A stretch of DNA of 64,000 nucleotides from the NCBI GenBank assembly GCA_017656185.1, contig JACDOK010000002.1, positions 8,768-72,767 of the forward strand. Direction: 5' to 3'. The position numbers were made by a program, and so were the translations under genes. Shown piece by piece: positions 54,471-63,797 of this stretch. The notes beneath the pieces are model-generated. The model saw nothing but the letters and a program-made list of their open reading frames with translations. It made no database searches and was not told the DNA's origin. Positions within the stretch are counted from its first letter, which is position 1. The number at the start of each line of letters is the position of its first letter. Origin of the DNA: Peptococcaceae bacterium. Lineage in GTDB: Bacteria > Bacillota > Desulfotomaculia > Desulfotomaculales > JACDOK01.

Positions 54471-54935
54471 TTACGGACAGGTGGTGTCGTCCACACAAAT
54501 GATTGTTTTGGAGCAGAGGTTGGTAACGGTAAAGGACACGGTGACGGGCCCGGATACCGAAGTTGCAGTTGTGGTAATACTGCCGGGATTACACAAAGCC
54601 GAATAAGTTACGCTGGGTACCGTTGTACCGCAGCATACGGTTACGCCGCTGGGAAGCGTTATGGACCCACTTCTGCCGAATACGTCGCAGAAGTCACAAA
54701 AAGTGGCTCCTCCCTCGTGCAAATATTGGTACTCAAACTGAGCGTCGTACGAGAACGATAGCGTCGGCGGAGTGGTACCCAGGTTCACCCCTATGTTATA
54801 CAGCACGATATTGCACTCATCGCCCGGTCCGGTAGGGGTATACGCCGGGTTGGTACATGTAACCGTTTCGGATAATGTCGATGTTATGGTAGTTACTTCA
54901 TCCACAGAGAGCCTTCTAATAGCCATGTAAGACAT
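54471..54935 (-). CDS. hypothetical Thr/Ser/Cys-rich protein (154 aa)
   Basis: It has about 10 Cys and many Thr/Ser runs (TTITSTLSETVTCT, CCGTTVPSVTYSALC, ITTTATSVSGPVTVSFTVT, CVDDTTCP). It has no clear signal peptide and I recognise no family. Confidence 0.55.
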   Translation of the reverse strand: MSYMAIRRLSVDEVTTITSTLSETVTCTNPAYTPTGPGDECNIVLYNIGVNLGTTPPTLSFSYDAQFEYQYLHEGGATFCDFCDVFGRSGSITLPSGVTVCCGTTVPSVTYSALCNPGSITTTATSVSGPVTVSFTVTNLCSKTIICVDDTTCP

Positions 54936-55053
54936 CCCCCCTCTAAGGTTTTTAGTTCATGATATGGCAAATTAATCCAAAAAGTGATAGTCCCGCTAAA
55001 ATTTCCCTTGGCCTACAAAAACTCGCCTTCACTTAGCGGGTGATTGCGATTCA

Positions 55054-55437
55054 TTAAAGCCGGTAAACCACCACTCCCAAACCTTTGCTGGTAACCAGAC
55101 AGTGTGGCCGCTCCGATTCCCCATTTTTATTGACGAAGCAAGTTAAAATAAACATATTTTTGTTCCCATAAGCTTTGCGAAATCGTTTTAAGAGCAGCTC
55201 ATCCAGGTCCGGTACCTCGGTAATAACCTCCTCGTCACCCCACAGTTGCAAAGTATAACAGCCGTCCTGCTGAAGCAGGAACTTCACCGTCACTTTGGTT
55301 CTTTCTCCCGCTTTGATAAAAGAAGCCACACGATTCATAAGTTCTTTTGCTTTGGCCACGGCCTTTTCATGTTTGGAAAAGCGGGCGCCAATGACGGGAA
55401 CATCATTAATTAACGTAAGATAAACGTTACTATACAC
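55054..55437 (-). CDS. hypothetical protein
   Basis: The ORF has a strong RBS (AAAGGAGGG, 5 nt before GTG 55437). I recognise no family. The track ORF extends to 55512. Confidence 0.5.
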   Translation of the reverse strand: MYSNVYLTLINDVPVIGARFSKHEKAVAKAKELMNRVASFIKAGERTKVTVKFLLQQDGCYTLQLWGDEEVITEVPDLDELLLKRFRKAYGNKNMFILTCFVNKNGESERPHCLVTSKGLGVVVYRL

Positions 55438-55602
55438 AGGCACCCTCCTTTCCATGTCACTATATGACAATAAAAGGAAGTTTGATAATATTTTTGGTTT
55501 AAATTGCAACACCTTCCACCCTTTCTCTTTTGGTGCACAAAAAAGGCGCCGGAACGACGCCTTAAAAACATATAAAGATTTATTTTAACTTGATTAGTTA
55601 GT

Positions 55603-56457
55603 TTAATAATTTGATTTTGGTACACCCATACGGTATTTCCCAAGGGTATCAATACCGCCCACCCCGGGGTATCCGGTGATAGTACCTTCCAGAATTTCAC
55701 GTAAAGGGACCTGTCTGTACACCGGTGTATAAGACACCTTCTCGGCCACAAACACCGGATCAAAAGCGTGTATCAAAACACGTTCCGGCGCACTGGCAAA
55801 ATTAGCCCCGGCTTCCAAAAGAGCTTCGTAGTATGACTGGCAAGCACCGGCAAAAATGACCAGATCATCACGGTTTTTCTCATAACGGCGGGCATTTTTC
55901 ACGGCTTCTATAAAGTACTTGGAATTACGGTAATTATTGATGTCCCTGAAATCTTTTTTCCCCTTCTTAAAACCGTCATGGCCGGTCAAAACCAGGATGT
56001 CGGGCATGTGCTTTTGCAGTAATTCCTGCACTCGCTGGGGCTGGTCTTTTTCAGGGATGTTATAACCTTCCGCCGGTACCCCTAACTGTTTGTAAGTAGA
56101 CATGCACAAATCGAAGTAGTCTTCATCCCCGTCGATATGCAGCACCTTACCCGGAACGTCGAAAGGCTCAGCCTTGTCATTAGGCCTGTTTTTAATCTGT
56201 TCTTTTTCCCGGCGTTCAAAACAGCGCCTGACCTGCTCGCCACCTTTGGTCATTACTTTTTTCCAGTAGGCGGAAACCTCTTCCCTCGGGATTTTAACCA
56301 GGTCTGGGAGAGGTGCATCGGCTTCCAGCCGGATATCCAGTCCTCGTAGTGTGGCCATATCGTGGCCGCGCTTTGTAAAGAATTTTGTAATCTTAAAAAG
56401 TACATCCCGGCCATGCGAAACACGTGCCACAATATCGCCCGCTTTAATTTCGGACAT
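55603..56457 (-). CDS. yabG: sporulation-specific cysteine protease YabG
   Basis: It has the N-terminal GDIVARVSHGRDVLFKI...LRGLDIRLEADAP region and the C-terminal catalytic region VLHIDGDEDY...ILVLTGHDG...FAGACQS. Confidence 0.9.
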   Translation of the reverse strand: MSEIKAGDIVARVSHGRDVLFKITKFFTKRGHDMATLRGLDIRLEADAPLPDLVKIPREEVSAYWKKVMTKGGEQVRRCFERREKEQIKNRPNDKAEPFDVPGKVLHIDGDEDYFDLCMSTYKQLGVPAEGYNIPEKDQPQRVQELLQKHMPDILVLTGHDGFKKGKKDFRDINNYRNSKYFIEAVKNARRYEKNRDDLVIFAGACQSYYEALLEAGANFASAPERVLIHAFDPVFVAEKVSYTPVYRQVPLREILEGTITGYPGVGGIDTLGKYRMGVPKSNY

Positions 56458-56541
56458 TTAAGGTACCTCCTTTGCTGCTGTATCATATGTGGAGGTACCA
56501 CATTATGGCACCTTAAAGATGAAAATTTTGGAAAAACATTT

Positions 56542-56820
56542 CTATGTCATAGCACCCTTTAAACGGGCTTCTCTTTGCTGTAAACAGTGTGCTACACATT
56601 CTTGTGTCTGTTTTTTTATTTGGCGGCGCCGCTCCTCGGCTTCTTCTGCGGTAACCTTGAGAAGATCATCTAAGGGAGCGTCGGCAAATAATCTAATATC
56701 CAAGCCGCGCAGCAAGGCATACTGCTTTCCATCCCTGAAAAAGATATCAACAATTTTAAAAAATACATCACGCTCGTACGAATACCGCAGGACAATATCC
56801 CCCGGCTTAAAACCGGTCAT
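56542..56820 (-). CDS. stand-alone paralog of the YabG N-terminal domain (92 aa)
   Basis: MTGFKPGDIVLRYSYERDVFFKIVDIFFRDGKQYALLRGLDIRLFADAPLDDLLKV aligns residue for residue with YabG residues 1-55. No protease domain is present. Confidence 0.7.
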   Translation of the reverse strand: MTGFKPGDIVLRYSYERDVFFKIVDIFFRDGKQYALLRGLDIRLFADAPLDDLLKVTAEEAEERRRQIKKQTQECVAHCLQQREARLKGAMT

Positions 56821-57029
56821 AAAATATCCCTCCCTCGCCTCTTATAACATCCTATGCTATGCAAAATTGCTCTCGTTCCAAAAAATTGCATGGATAATTG
56901 TGGAAAAATCTTGTTGAACAGACAGGATTAACAGGATCAGATCTACAGAAAGGATTTTATTAAAGGGCTTTAGGGGCTCCCTAATGGGTCACGAGAACCC
57001 CAGTACGATTCTAAACATATAGTAGATTA

Positions 57030-57851
57030 ATGATAAAAAATTTTACCTGCGGGGCGAACAAATTGAAAGGAATTTACATCGGAAATAATAAGGCATTAGT
57101 TTGTCCTGTTTGGGGAGGCAAACTTCTTGTACCATCGGACGATTTAAGCGTAGCGCCAAATTTGATTATGCACGGAGTTCATGAACCTGAGTTGACCAAT
57201 TACTTATTGAAAACTATAAGGGCCAACTATACTACGGTGGACATAGGGGCAAATTTGGGATATTTTACAGTATTGCTAGGCTACTTAGTAGGACCAGGAG
57301 GTAAAGTCATAGCATACGAAGCTGATCCCGGTAGCTTTAATCTCCTACGGGATAATGTATCAATTAATTATCTTTATGATCGTATAACACTTCACAATAA
57401 AGCAATTTATTCATCTACTTGTAAATTGTCTTTTTATATCACAGAGCGATTTAGAGGAAATGCTTCTATTAACGAACATGATGAAAAGTACTTTAAACAT
57501 TATAACGATAATGTTCGCCGAATTGAGGTACCGGCTGAACCACTCGATATATATTTAGGACAGCTAAAACATATAGATTTAGTCAAATTGGACATCGAGG
57601 GTGGTGAGTATCACGCGTTTCGAGGAATGGCCGATCTGATTAAAAACAAGGTTATTGATACAGTGGTTTTTGAACTAAACAGGGGAATGTTAAAAGATAA
57701 TTGGTTTCCCTTATACCATTTATTAAGTGATATCACAGAGCGGTATGGAGCTAAACTTTTTTCTTTAACGACGGAAGGCAACCTTGTCCCTGCTACTCTT
57801 AGCGAATTATATCAATATAACGGTTACCCTCACGTTGTTATGAAACTGTAA
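57030..57851 (+). CDS. FkbM family methyltransferase
   Basis: The motifs are VDIGANLGYFTV (SAM-binding) and LVKLDIEGGEYHAF. The region is visibly AT-rich relative to its neighbours. Confidence 0.8.
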   Translation: MIKNFTCGANKLKGIYIGNNKALVCPVWGGKLLVPSDDLSVAPNLIMHGVHEPELTNYLLKTIRANYTTVDIGANLGYFTVLLGYLVGPGGKVIAYEADPGSFNLLRDNVSINYLYDRITLHNKAIYSSTCKLSFYITERFRGNASINEHDEKYFKHYNDNVRRIEVPAEPLDIYLGQLKHIDLVKLDIEGGEYHAFRGMADLIKNKVIDTVVFELNRGMLKDNWFPLYHLLSDITERYGAKLFSLTTEGNLVPATLSELYQYNGYPHVVMKL

Positions 57852-57914
57852 AACCCGGTATCAGCCCACTCACCCAACCGTATATTCTATTGGATATTCT
57901 ACCGTATCCCAAAT

Positions 57915-58388
57915 CTATTTAGTATGCTTATCGGCTACAGAGGAAGCACCGTACGCCTCAGGTTTGATCTTGGCTTGAAATCCACTTCCGGTAACCATCC
58001 CCACTACTTCCCGGATCAGGTTTTTGGTCTCGCCGTGGGTTCCGACGTCGATATGGATCTCTACTTTAAGATCATCGTGTCCGGTTTCTGCGAACCTTTT
58101 GGCGATTTGGCCCCCTAACTCTAAGCTCAAAGCCGTTTCAAAGAATATTTTTTGCCGCAGGCTTTTTATTTTGCGGTGAGAACGTTTACGATAATAATAG
58201 CGCGCCCCTTTTCCCAGGCGGTGTACAATAACAGCCGTAATAAAACAGGTTTTTCCCTTCATCACCTGGGAATCGGAACCGACGATGATTTTGTACGAAG
58301 AACTGGGCAGGCCGGTGATATACCCCATAATGTCCTTCATCATTTCATCAAAAGTCATCCGGCCCTTGGTCGGACTTATCAGGTGCAT
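57915..58388 (-). CDS. RNase H-like YkuK/DUF458 family protein
   Basis: The motifs are IIVGSDSQ, FITAVIVHRLGKGARYYY and IHIDVG. Confidence 0.7.
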   Translation of the reverse strand: MHLISPTKGRMTFDEMMKDIMGYITGLPSSSYKIIVGSDSQVMKGKTCFITAVIVHRLGKGARYYYRKRSHRKIKSLRQKIFFETALSLELGGQIAKRFAETGHDDLKVEIHIDVGTHGETKNLIREVVGMVTGSGFQAKIKPEAYGASSVADKHTK

Positions 58389-58419
58389 TCGTTCTCACAT
58401 CCCCGGACACTCTGATATG

Positions 58420-59298
58420 CTATACCAGCAACGTCCCCCTAACTTTCTCTACTGATGCCGCTACGCGGGCAAATTCCTCTAATGATAAAGTTTCCCCCCG
58501 GCGGCGCGGATCAATCCCGGCACTCTGTAAAATTTTGGCCCATTCATCTTTGCTGGCGGCCAGCCCCGCGCCTGCCAAGGCCTTGGGTAAAACTTTACGG
58601 CGCTGCGCAAAGGCCGCCCGGACAATCTTGAAAAATAACGACCGGTTCGCAACCCTGACCGCAGGAACGTCCCGCTTAACCAGCTTCACTACGGCGGAAT
58701 CCACTTCCGGTGGCGGGTAAAAAGCCCTGCGAGATACCCGGCAAACTATCGAGGGACGGGTATAATACTGCACCAAAACACTGAGTGAACCGTACTCTTT
58801 AGTACCCGGCAAGGCCGTGAAGCGTGCCGCCACTTCCTTTTGCACCATTATCACCATACGTTCTAATGGCATTTCCTCTTCCAAAACCCTGGTCACCAGA
58901 GGTGTCGTAATGTAATAGGGAAGATTGGATACTAATTTAAACCGTCCATTGTTGCTCTTTTGAGCCATTAACGCTCGCAAATCAATTTTAAGGGCATCCC
59001 CGTGTACCAGTTCAACATTGTCACAATCAGCCAGGCTTTCCTGCAGCACGGTTAAAAAACCCCGGTCCAATTCCAGGGCTATAACCTTGGCCCCGGCAGC
59101 AGCCAATTCCCGGGTAAGCACACCCAACCCGGGGCCGATTTCCAAAACGACATCGTCCGGTTCCAAAGCAGCAGCGGCAACAATTTGTTCCAGCACCCCG
59201 TGAGACAACAAGAAATTTTGCCCCAAAGATTTACGCGGCCTAAGATCGTATTTTTCGATCAGGGACTTAACTTTACTGATACTGGTTAAATACGACAC
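58420..59298 (-). CDS. rsmA: 16S rRNA (adenine1518/1519-N6)-dimethyltransferase
   Basis: KSLGQNFL, VLEIGPGLGVLT and SNLPYYITTP are canonical for KsgA. Confidence 0.96.
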   Translation of the reverse strand: MSYLTSISKVKSLIEKYDLRPRKSLGQNFLLSHGVLEQIVAAAALEPDDVVLEIGPGLGVLTRELAAAGAKVIALELDRGFLTVLQESLADCDNVELVHGDALKIDLRALMAQKSNNGRFKLVSNLPYYITTPLVTRVLEEEMPLERMVIMVQKEVAARFTALPGTKEYGSLSVLVQYYTRPSIVCRVSRRAFYPPPEVDSAVVKLVKRDVPAVRVANRSLFFKIVRAAFAQRRKVLPKALAGAGLAASKDEWAKILQSAGIDPRRRGETLSLEEFARVAASVEKVRGTLLV

Positions 59299-59508
59299 CG
59301 GTTCACCCGTTCTGATATGTTACTACTATTATATCCCAATAATCACGCAAGGTAGCTCGTAACTTTTCGAAAACAAGAATTTAAGTCGGGGACATTTGAG
59401 AGTGGAATACGAGAGATTGGAGGTGAAATACACGTTCACCTCGTTCACAGCAATACAGTGGTAGCACAATAGTGACACGGTGGTGTGCCTAGCACCGAAA
59501 TAATCCCC

Positions 59509-60591
59509 TTAACCTACTATAAACTTCCAAATTGCTCCCAAAAGCTCCAGCAAGTATACCTTAACGTTTTTTACGCCCCAGTTTATGGCCTGGTCATAAG
59601 TCGGGAAAAAAACGTCAATCCGCTTACCCTTGATAAGTCCGCCGGTATCAATAGCCTCACAGTAGCCGTATCCCTCTACAAAGAGCTTTGAACCCAAAGG
59701 AATTACGCGCGGGTCAACGGCGATCCCACCGACTCGCGGGGGTACCCCGGTAGCCGTATTGTTGTCGGTATAGGTATACGCGGTAGCCCTTACTATAAAA
59801 GAATCTTTGATATGATATTCCTCGCCCGCCCGGGAGACTGTGCCCCGTCCCGGACTAATGGTCACTGTATTCAACATTCCTACCCGTATGATTTTGTCCC
59901 GCGGCGCCTTCTTCATTACGGCCGATACCAGGGTACGTTTGACTTCCTTTCCATCGTGCAGTGTAACACGCCAGGTTTGCAATTCAAGCCCCGGTTGTCC
60001 TTCCTGCTCTATTTGGGACTCACCGGCCTTTAAATTGTAATCACAAAGCCGCCGAATGCGGTAAGGAATGACAACTTCCATCTCTTCGGTCTTAATTTCG
60101 ACGCGGGTAATCTTGATATCCATACCGGTTACCACTCGCGCCGAAAGGCCCGGTTTTACAATATCATTCCCGTCCACGGTTATCCCGGCATCCGCCAGGA
60201 CTTTTTCCACCGTTTTGTACCTGGTGAGGATCTTCCGTGTTCCCCCGTCCACAGTAATACTGACGGAAACGGCACGCTCAATGTCAATAACCATCCCGTC
60301 TACAACCTTTTCTTGTTCGGTAGGCGTGACAACGTCCTGCGTGCCAAGCCTGATACCTTCCTGCCGCAGCACAGCCCCTACCGTATTACCGAAAGTGGTG
60401 ATTTCCCTGACTTTACCGTCGTCAACCAGAGTCACCGTCTTTTCCGCCCAAGCATAACCACCGAATATTAAGCTGGTAGCCATAACGCAGATTACCAGCA
60501 TGGAGGCCAACCTTAACAACCTTACTTTAAGGTCACGGCGGCGCCTTTCTATGTACTTGTCCTTCCATGCATTCCATTTCATGGCAATCAC
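59509..60591 (-). CDS. yabE: YabE-like protein (DUF348 repeats, G5 domain, C-terminal 3D/RlpA-like domain)
   Basis: It has an N-terminal TM segment and repeated DUF348-type units (VTLVDDGKV.., VSITVDGG.., ITVDGND..). It also has a G5 region and a C-terminal 3D domain (ATAYTYTDNNTATG...VDPRVIPLGS...AIDTGG). Confidence 0.85.
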   Translation of the reverse strand: MIAMKWNAWKDKYIERRRRDLKVRLLRLASMLVICVMATSLIFGGYAWAEKTVTLVDDGKVREITTFGNTVGAVLRQEGIRLGTQDVVTPTEQEKVVDGMVIDIERAVSVSITVDGGTRKILTRYKTVEKVLADAGITVDGNDIVKPGLSARVVTGMDIKITRVEIKTEEMEVVIPYRIRRLCDYNLKAGESQIEQEGQPGLELQTWRVTLHDGKEVKRTLVSAVMKKAPRDKIIRVGMLNTVTISPGRGTVSRAGEEYHIKDSFIVRATAYTYTDNNTATGVPPRVGGIAVDPRVIPLGSKLFVEGYGYCEAIDTGGLIKGKRIDVFFPTYDQAINWGVKNVKVYLLELLGAIWKFIVG

Positions 60592-60674
60592 CCGGCGGTA
60601 TACTTCGATACAGGACGGGTGTTTCCTGCTGCTGGCTGTAAAATATTTACAGATCCCTCACCCCTCACTGTTTA

Positions 60675-61211
60675 CTAGTATTCGATTCCCGGCTGGGCTT
60701 CGACTGTGGGGTAAGGGTGCTTAATTTCACGCATTTCGGTAACCAAATCGGCACGGGCCTTAATTTCTTCCGGAGCACCCCGCCCGGTAAGCACCAAATG
60801 CTGCTGTGTGCCTTTTAAAGTCATAAGGTCCAAAACATCGCCCGTGGTGACGAGGTTCTTTTGAAGAGCAACGCAAATTTCGTCCAGAATCACCATATCA
60901 TATTCCTTACGCTGCAGGGCCTCCCGTGCAGCCGCTAAGGCTTCCTCGGCCGCTTTCCGGTGTCTTTCCAACTCATCCGGCTTATCGTAACGTAAAAAAC
61001 CGGCCCCCATAGGCCGGATATCAAAACCGTGCAGCAGCCTTGCCGCCTTTAACTCCCCGGTCGGCCAGGACTCCGATTTCATAAATTGCAGTACCAGCAC
61101 CTTCATGCCCTGGCCCCAGGCCCGTAACCCCAATCCTAAAGCAGCTGTTGTTTTACCCTTGCCGCTGCCGGTGAAAACCATATTAAGCCCGCGTCTCGTC
61201 ATATTTAACAC
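60675..61211 (-). CDS. cobO: cob(I)yrinic acid a,c-diamide adenosyltransferase (CobO/BtuR type)
   Basis: The motifs are VFTGSGKGKTTAALGLGLRA and LDEI....G. The start is probably an internal Met (61202 or 61181) near the tatD stop. Confidence 0.85.
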   Translation of the reverse strand: MLNMTRRGLNMVFTGSGKGKTTAALGLGLRAWGQGMKVLVLQFMKSESWPTGELKAARLLHGFDIRPMGAGFLRYDKPDELERHRKAAEEALAAAREALQRKEYDMVILDEICVALQKNLVTTGDVLDLMTLKGTQQHLVLTGRGAPEEIKARADLVTEMREIKHPYPTVEAQPGIEY

Positions 61212-61971
61212 CCTCCAGGCGGAAAAATTCTATGGCATTAGCCGTGCTGACCTGCGCCACTTCTTTCGGGGACATCCCACGTACCTCGGCTACCGCTGCT
61301 GCTGTATATGTTATCCACGCAGGCTCATTTCGCCGGCCTCTTTTCGGTACCGGAGCCAGGTAGGGGGCATCCGTCTCAAGGAAAAACCGGTCTGCCGGAA
61401 TCTTGGCCGCCACGACGCGGAGTTCGTCACTTTTGGCAAAAGTAACAACACCGGCCAAAGAAATATAGAAACCCATTTCCAAATACAAACGGGCCAATTG
61501 CCACGTGCCGGTATAGCAGTGCAGTACTACCGGTGAAGCAGCCTTTTCCCTCAAAATGGCAAGGGTATCGGCGTCAGCGTCGCGGCTGTGCACCACGACA
61601 GGCATCTCCAACCGCCCGGCTAAAACCAGTTGTTCTTCAAAAATCCGGTGCTGGGTCTCAGGGGGTGCAAAATTGTAATAATAGTCAAGCCCGATTTCAC
61701 CGATGGCTACCACGCGCGGGTGACCGGCCAGCTCCTCGATCTGCTGCAAATAATTCTCCCCGGCAGAGGCCGCCTCGTGAGGGTGGACCCCGACCACAGC
61801 GTAAATGAAAGGATACTGTTCCGCGATGCGCACCGCTCTGCGGGAAGAGGGCAGGTCGGTACCTACGGTAATTAATTTACGAACCCCGGCTTCCCGCGCG
61901 CGAGCAATAACGTCCTCACGGTCCTCGTCAAATTTCTCATCGTCCAGGTGCACGTGGGTATCTATCAACAT
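61183..61971 (-). CDS. tatD: TatD family metal-dependent hydrolase
   Basis: MLIDTHVHLDD, GEIGLDYYY and ETDAPYL are present. Confidence 0.95.
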   Translation of the reverse strand: MLIDTHVHLDDEKFDEDREDVIARAREAGVRKLITVGTDLPSSRRAVRIAEQYPFIYAVVGVHPHEAASAGENYLQQIEELAGHPRVVAIGEIGLDYYYNFAPPETQHRIFEEQLVLAGRLEMPVVVHSRDADADTLAILREKAASPVVLHCYTGTWQLARLYLEMGFYISLAGVVTFAKSDELRVVAAKIPADRFFLETDAPYLAPVPKRGRRNEPAWITYTAAAVAEVRGMSPKEVAQVSTANAIEFFRLEGVKYDETRA

Positions 61972-62031
61972 TACTGTTCACCTTTTTTAGATAGCCCTAA
62001 TACCAACGTCGAACTTTGAGCGTGGAACAAG

Positions 62032-63582
62032 CTATGCTTTCTTCGTATCAATCCGCGGGAACAGAGGAGCGCCACGGGAAATTTTAATGCCGGAGGGTAA
62101 ACGCCCCCACTCCAGAGAATCCCAGGTGTGCAGGTCAGTATGCTCCTTAATGCCCAGCTGCTCCCATACCCGCATTGGGAAATCCGGCATAAAGGGAGCC
62201 AGCATAATGGTAATAAAGCGATATGATTCAGCCAGGTTATACATCACCATCACCAGGCGCTCCCGGTTGGCCGGGTCCTTGGCCAGCGACCACGGAGCCG
62301 TCTCCTCAATGTACTTGTTGGCACGCCCCACCAGCTGCCACAGCGCCGCTAATGCCGCGGACAGCTCCAGGTTGTCCACCAGGCGTTCCACTTCCCGTGG
62401 AGTGGCAACAGCCAAGTCGATAAGGTCCTGATCCAGGGGATCGGTGCTGCCCCCCGCGGGCTTCTCTATAACTCCACCCAGGTACTTGTTGATCATAGCC
62501 GTCGTGCGGCTGAGCAAGTTGCCGAGGTCATTGGCAAGGTCAACATTAATACGATTGATAAGGGCATCCTCCGAATAATAGCCGTCAGCACCAAAGGGCA
62601 ACTCGCGCAATAAGTAATAACGAATAGGGTCCACTCCGTATTTGTCAATCAAGACCAAGGGGTCTACCACATTACCCTTCGATTTGGACATTTTACCGCT
62701 TTCCAACAGCAGCCACCCGTGACCAACCACTTTCTTGGGCAAAGGCAGTCCTGCCGCCATAAGAATAATAGGCCAGATGATGCAGTGAAAACGAACAATG
62801 TCCTTACCCACCAGGTGCACGTCTGCAGGCCAATAGCGCCGGTATAATTCGTCGTTATCACTGCCGTAACCCAGTGCCGAAATATAGTTGGTCAAGGCAT
62901 CCACCCAAACATAAACCACGTGCTTGGGATCAAAAGGTACGGGGATCCCCCAGTCGAAAGTGGTACGGGATATGCATAGGTCTTCCAGTCCCATCTTAAT
63001 GAAGTTTATAACCTCGTTGCGCCGTGACACCGGCTGGATAAAATCGGGGTGTTCCTCGATGTACTGCAGAAGGCGGTCAGCATACTTGGACATCTTGAAG
63101 AAGTAACTCTCTTCCTGCAGCAGCTCGACACCCCGGCCGCAATCCGGGCAATTGCCTTCTTCCAGCTGTCTCTCGGTCCAAAATGTTTCACAGGGGGTGC
63201 AGTACCAACCCTCGTACGATGCCTTGTAGATATCACCCTGGTCGTAAAGTTTCTCAGTAATCTGCGCCACTACCCGTTTATGGCGTTCTTCCGTAGTACG
63301 AATAAAGTCATTGTACGATATGTTAAGGCGCGCCCACAGGTTCTTAAACCCGGCCACAATCCCGTCAACATACTCTTGAGGTTCTTTACCCTTGGCCCGG
63401 GCAGTACGCTGTATTTTTTGTCCATGTTCGTCAGAGCCGGTAAGGAACCACACATCGTAGCCGGTAAGTCTTTTAAATCGTGCTACCGCGTCGGCAGCCA
63501 CGGTCGTATAAGCATGTCCGATGTGCAGGTTATCACTGGGATAATATATGGGAGTGGTAATGTAGTAAGTTGGTTTACTCAC
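62032..63582 (-). CDS. metG: methionine--tRNA ligase (short form, no C-terminal tRNA-binding domain)
   Basis: It has the HIGH motif (NLHIGHAY), the KMSKS motif, and the zinc knuckle CPDCG. Confidence 0.97.
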   Translation of the reverse strand: MSKPTYYITTPIYYPSDNLHIGHAYTTVAADAVARFKRLTGYDVWFLTGSDEHGQKIQRTARAKGKEPQEYVDGIVAGFKNLWARLNISYNDFIRTTEERHKRVVAQITEKLYDQGDIYKASYEGWYCTPCETFWTERQLEEGNCPDCGRGVELLQEESYFFKMSKYADRLLQYIEEHPDFIQPVSRRNEVINFIKMGLEDLCISRTTFDWGIPVPFDPKHVVYVWVDALTNYISALGYGSDNDELYRRYWPADVHLVGKDIVRFHCIIWPIILMAAGLPLPKKVVGHGWLLLESGKMSKSKGNVVDPLVLIDKYGVDPIRYYLLRELPFGADGYYSEDALINRINVDLANDLGNLLSRTTAMINKYLGGVIEKPAGGSTDPLDQDLIDLAVATPREVERLVDNLELSAALAALWQLVGRANKYIEETAPWSLAKDPANRERLVMVMYNLAESYRFITIMLAPFMPDFPMRVWEQLGIKEHTDLHTWDSLEWGRLPSGIKISRGAPLFPRIDTKKA

Positions 63583-63797
63583 AACCCTACCCCTTCCATT
63601 TTTCTGAATTACCGAAAATTCTACTCGTTGTACCCCTGCTTGTCAAGTTTTCCTATTTTTGGTGCGATACGACTTGGTTCTGCTGTAAAATTTTTAAAAA
63701 TAATGTTGACTTTTAATGACATGCTTGGTACCATTTACTTGCATCATTTTGTAATATCCTGTCGAATGGAAATTTGGATTATGGGAGGGGATTGTTT

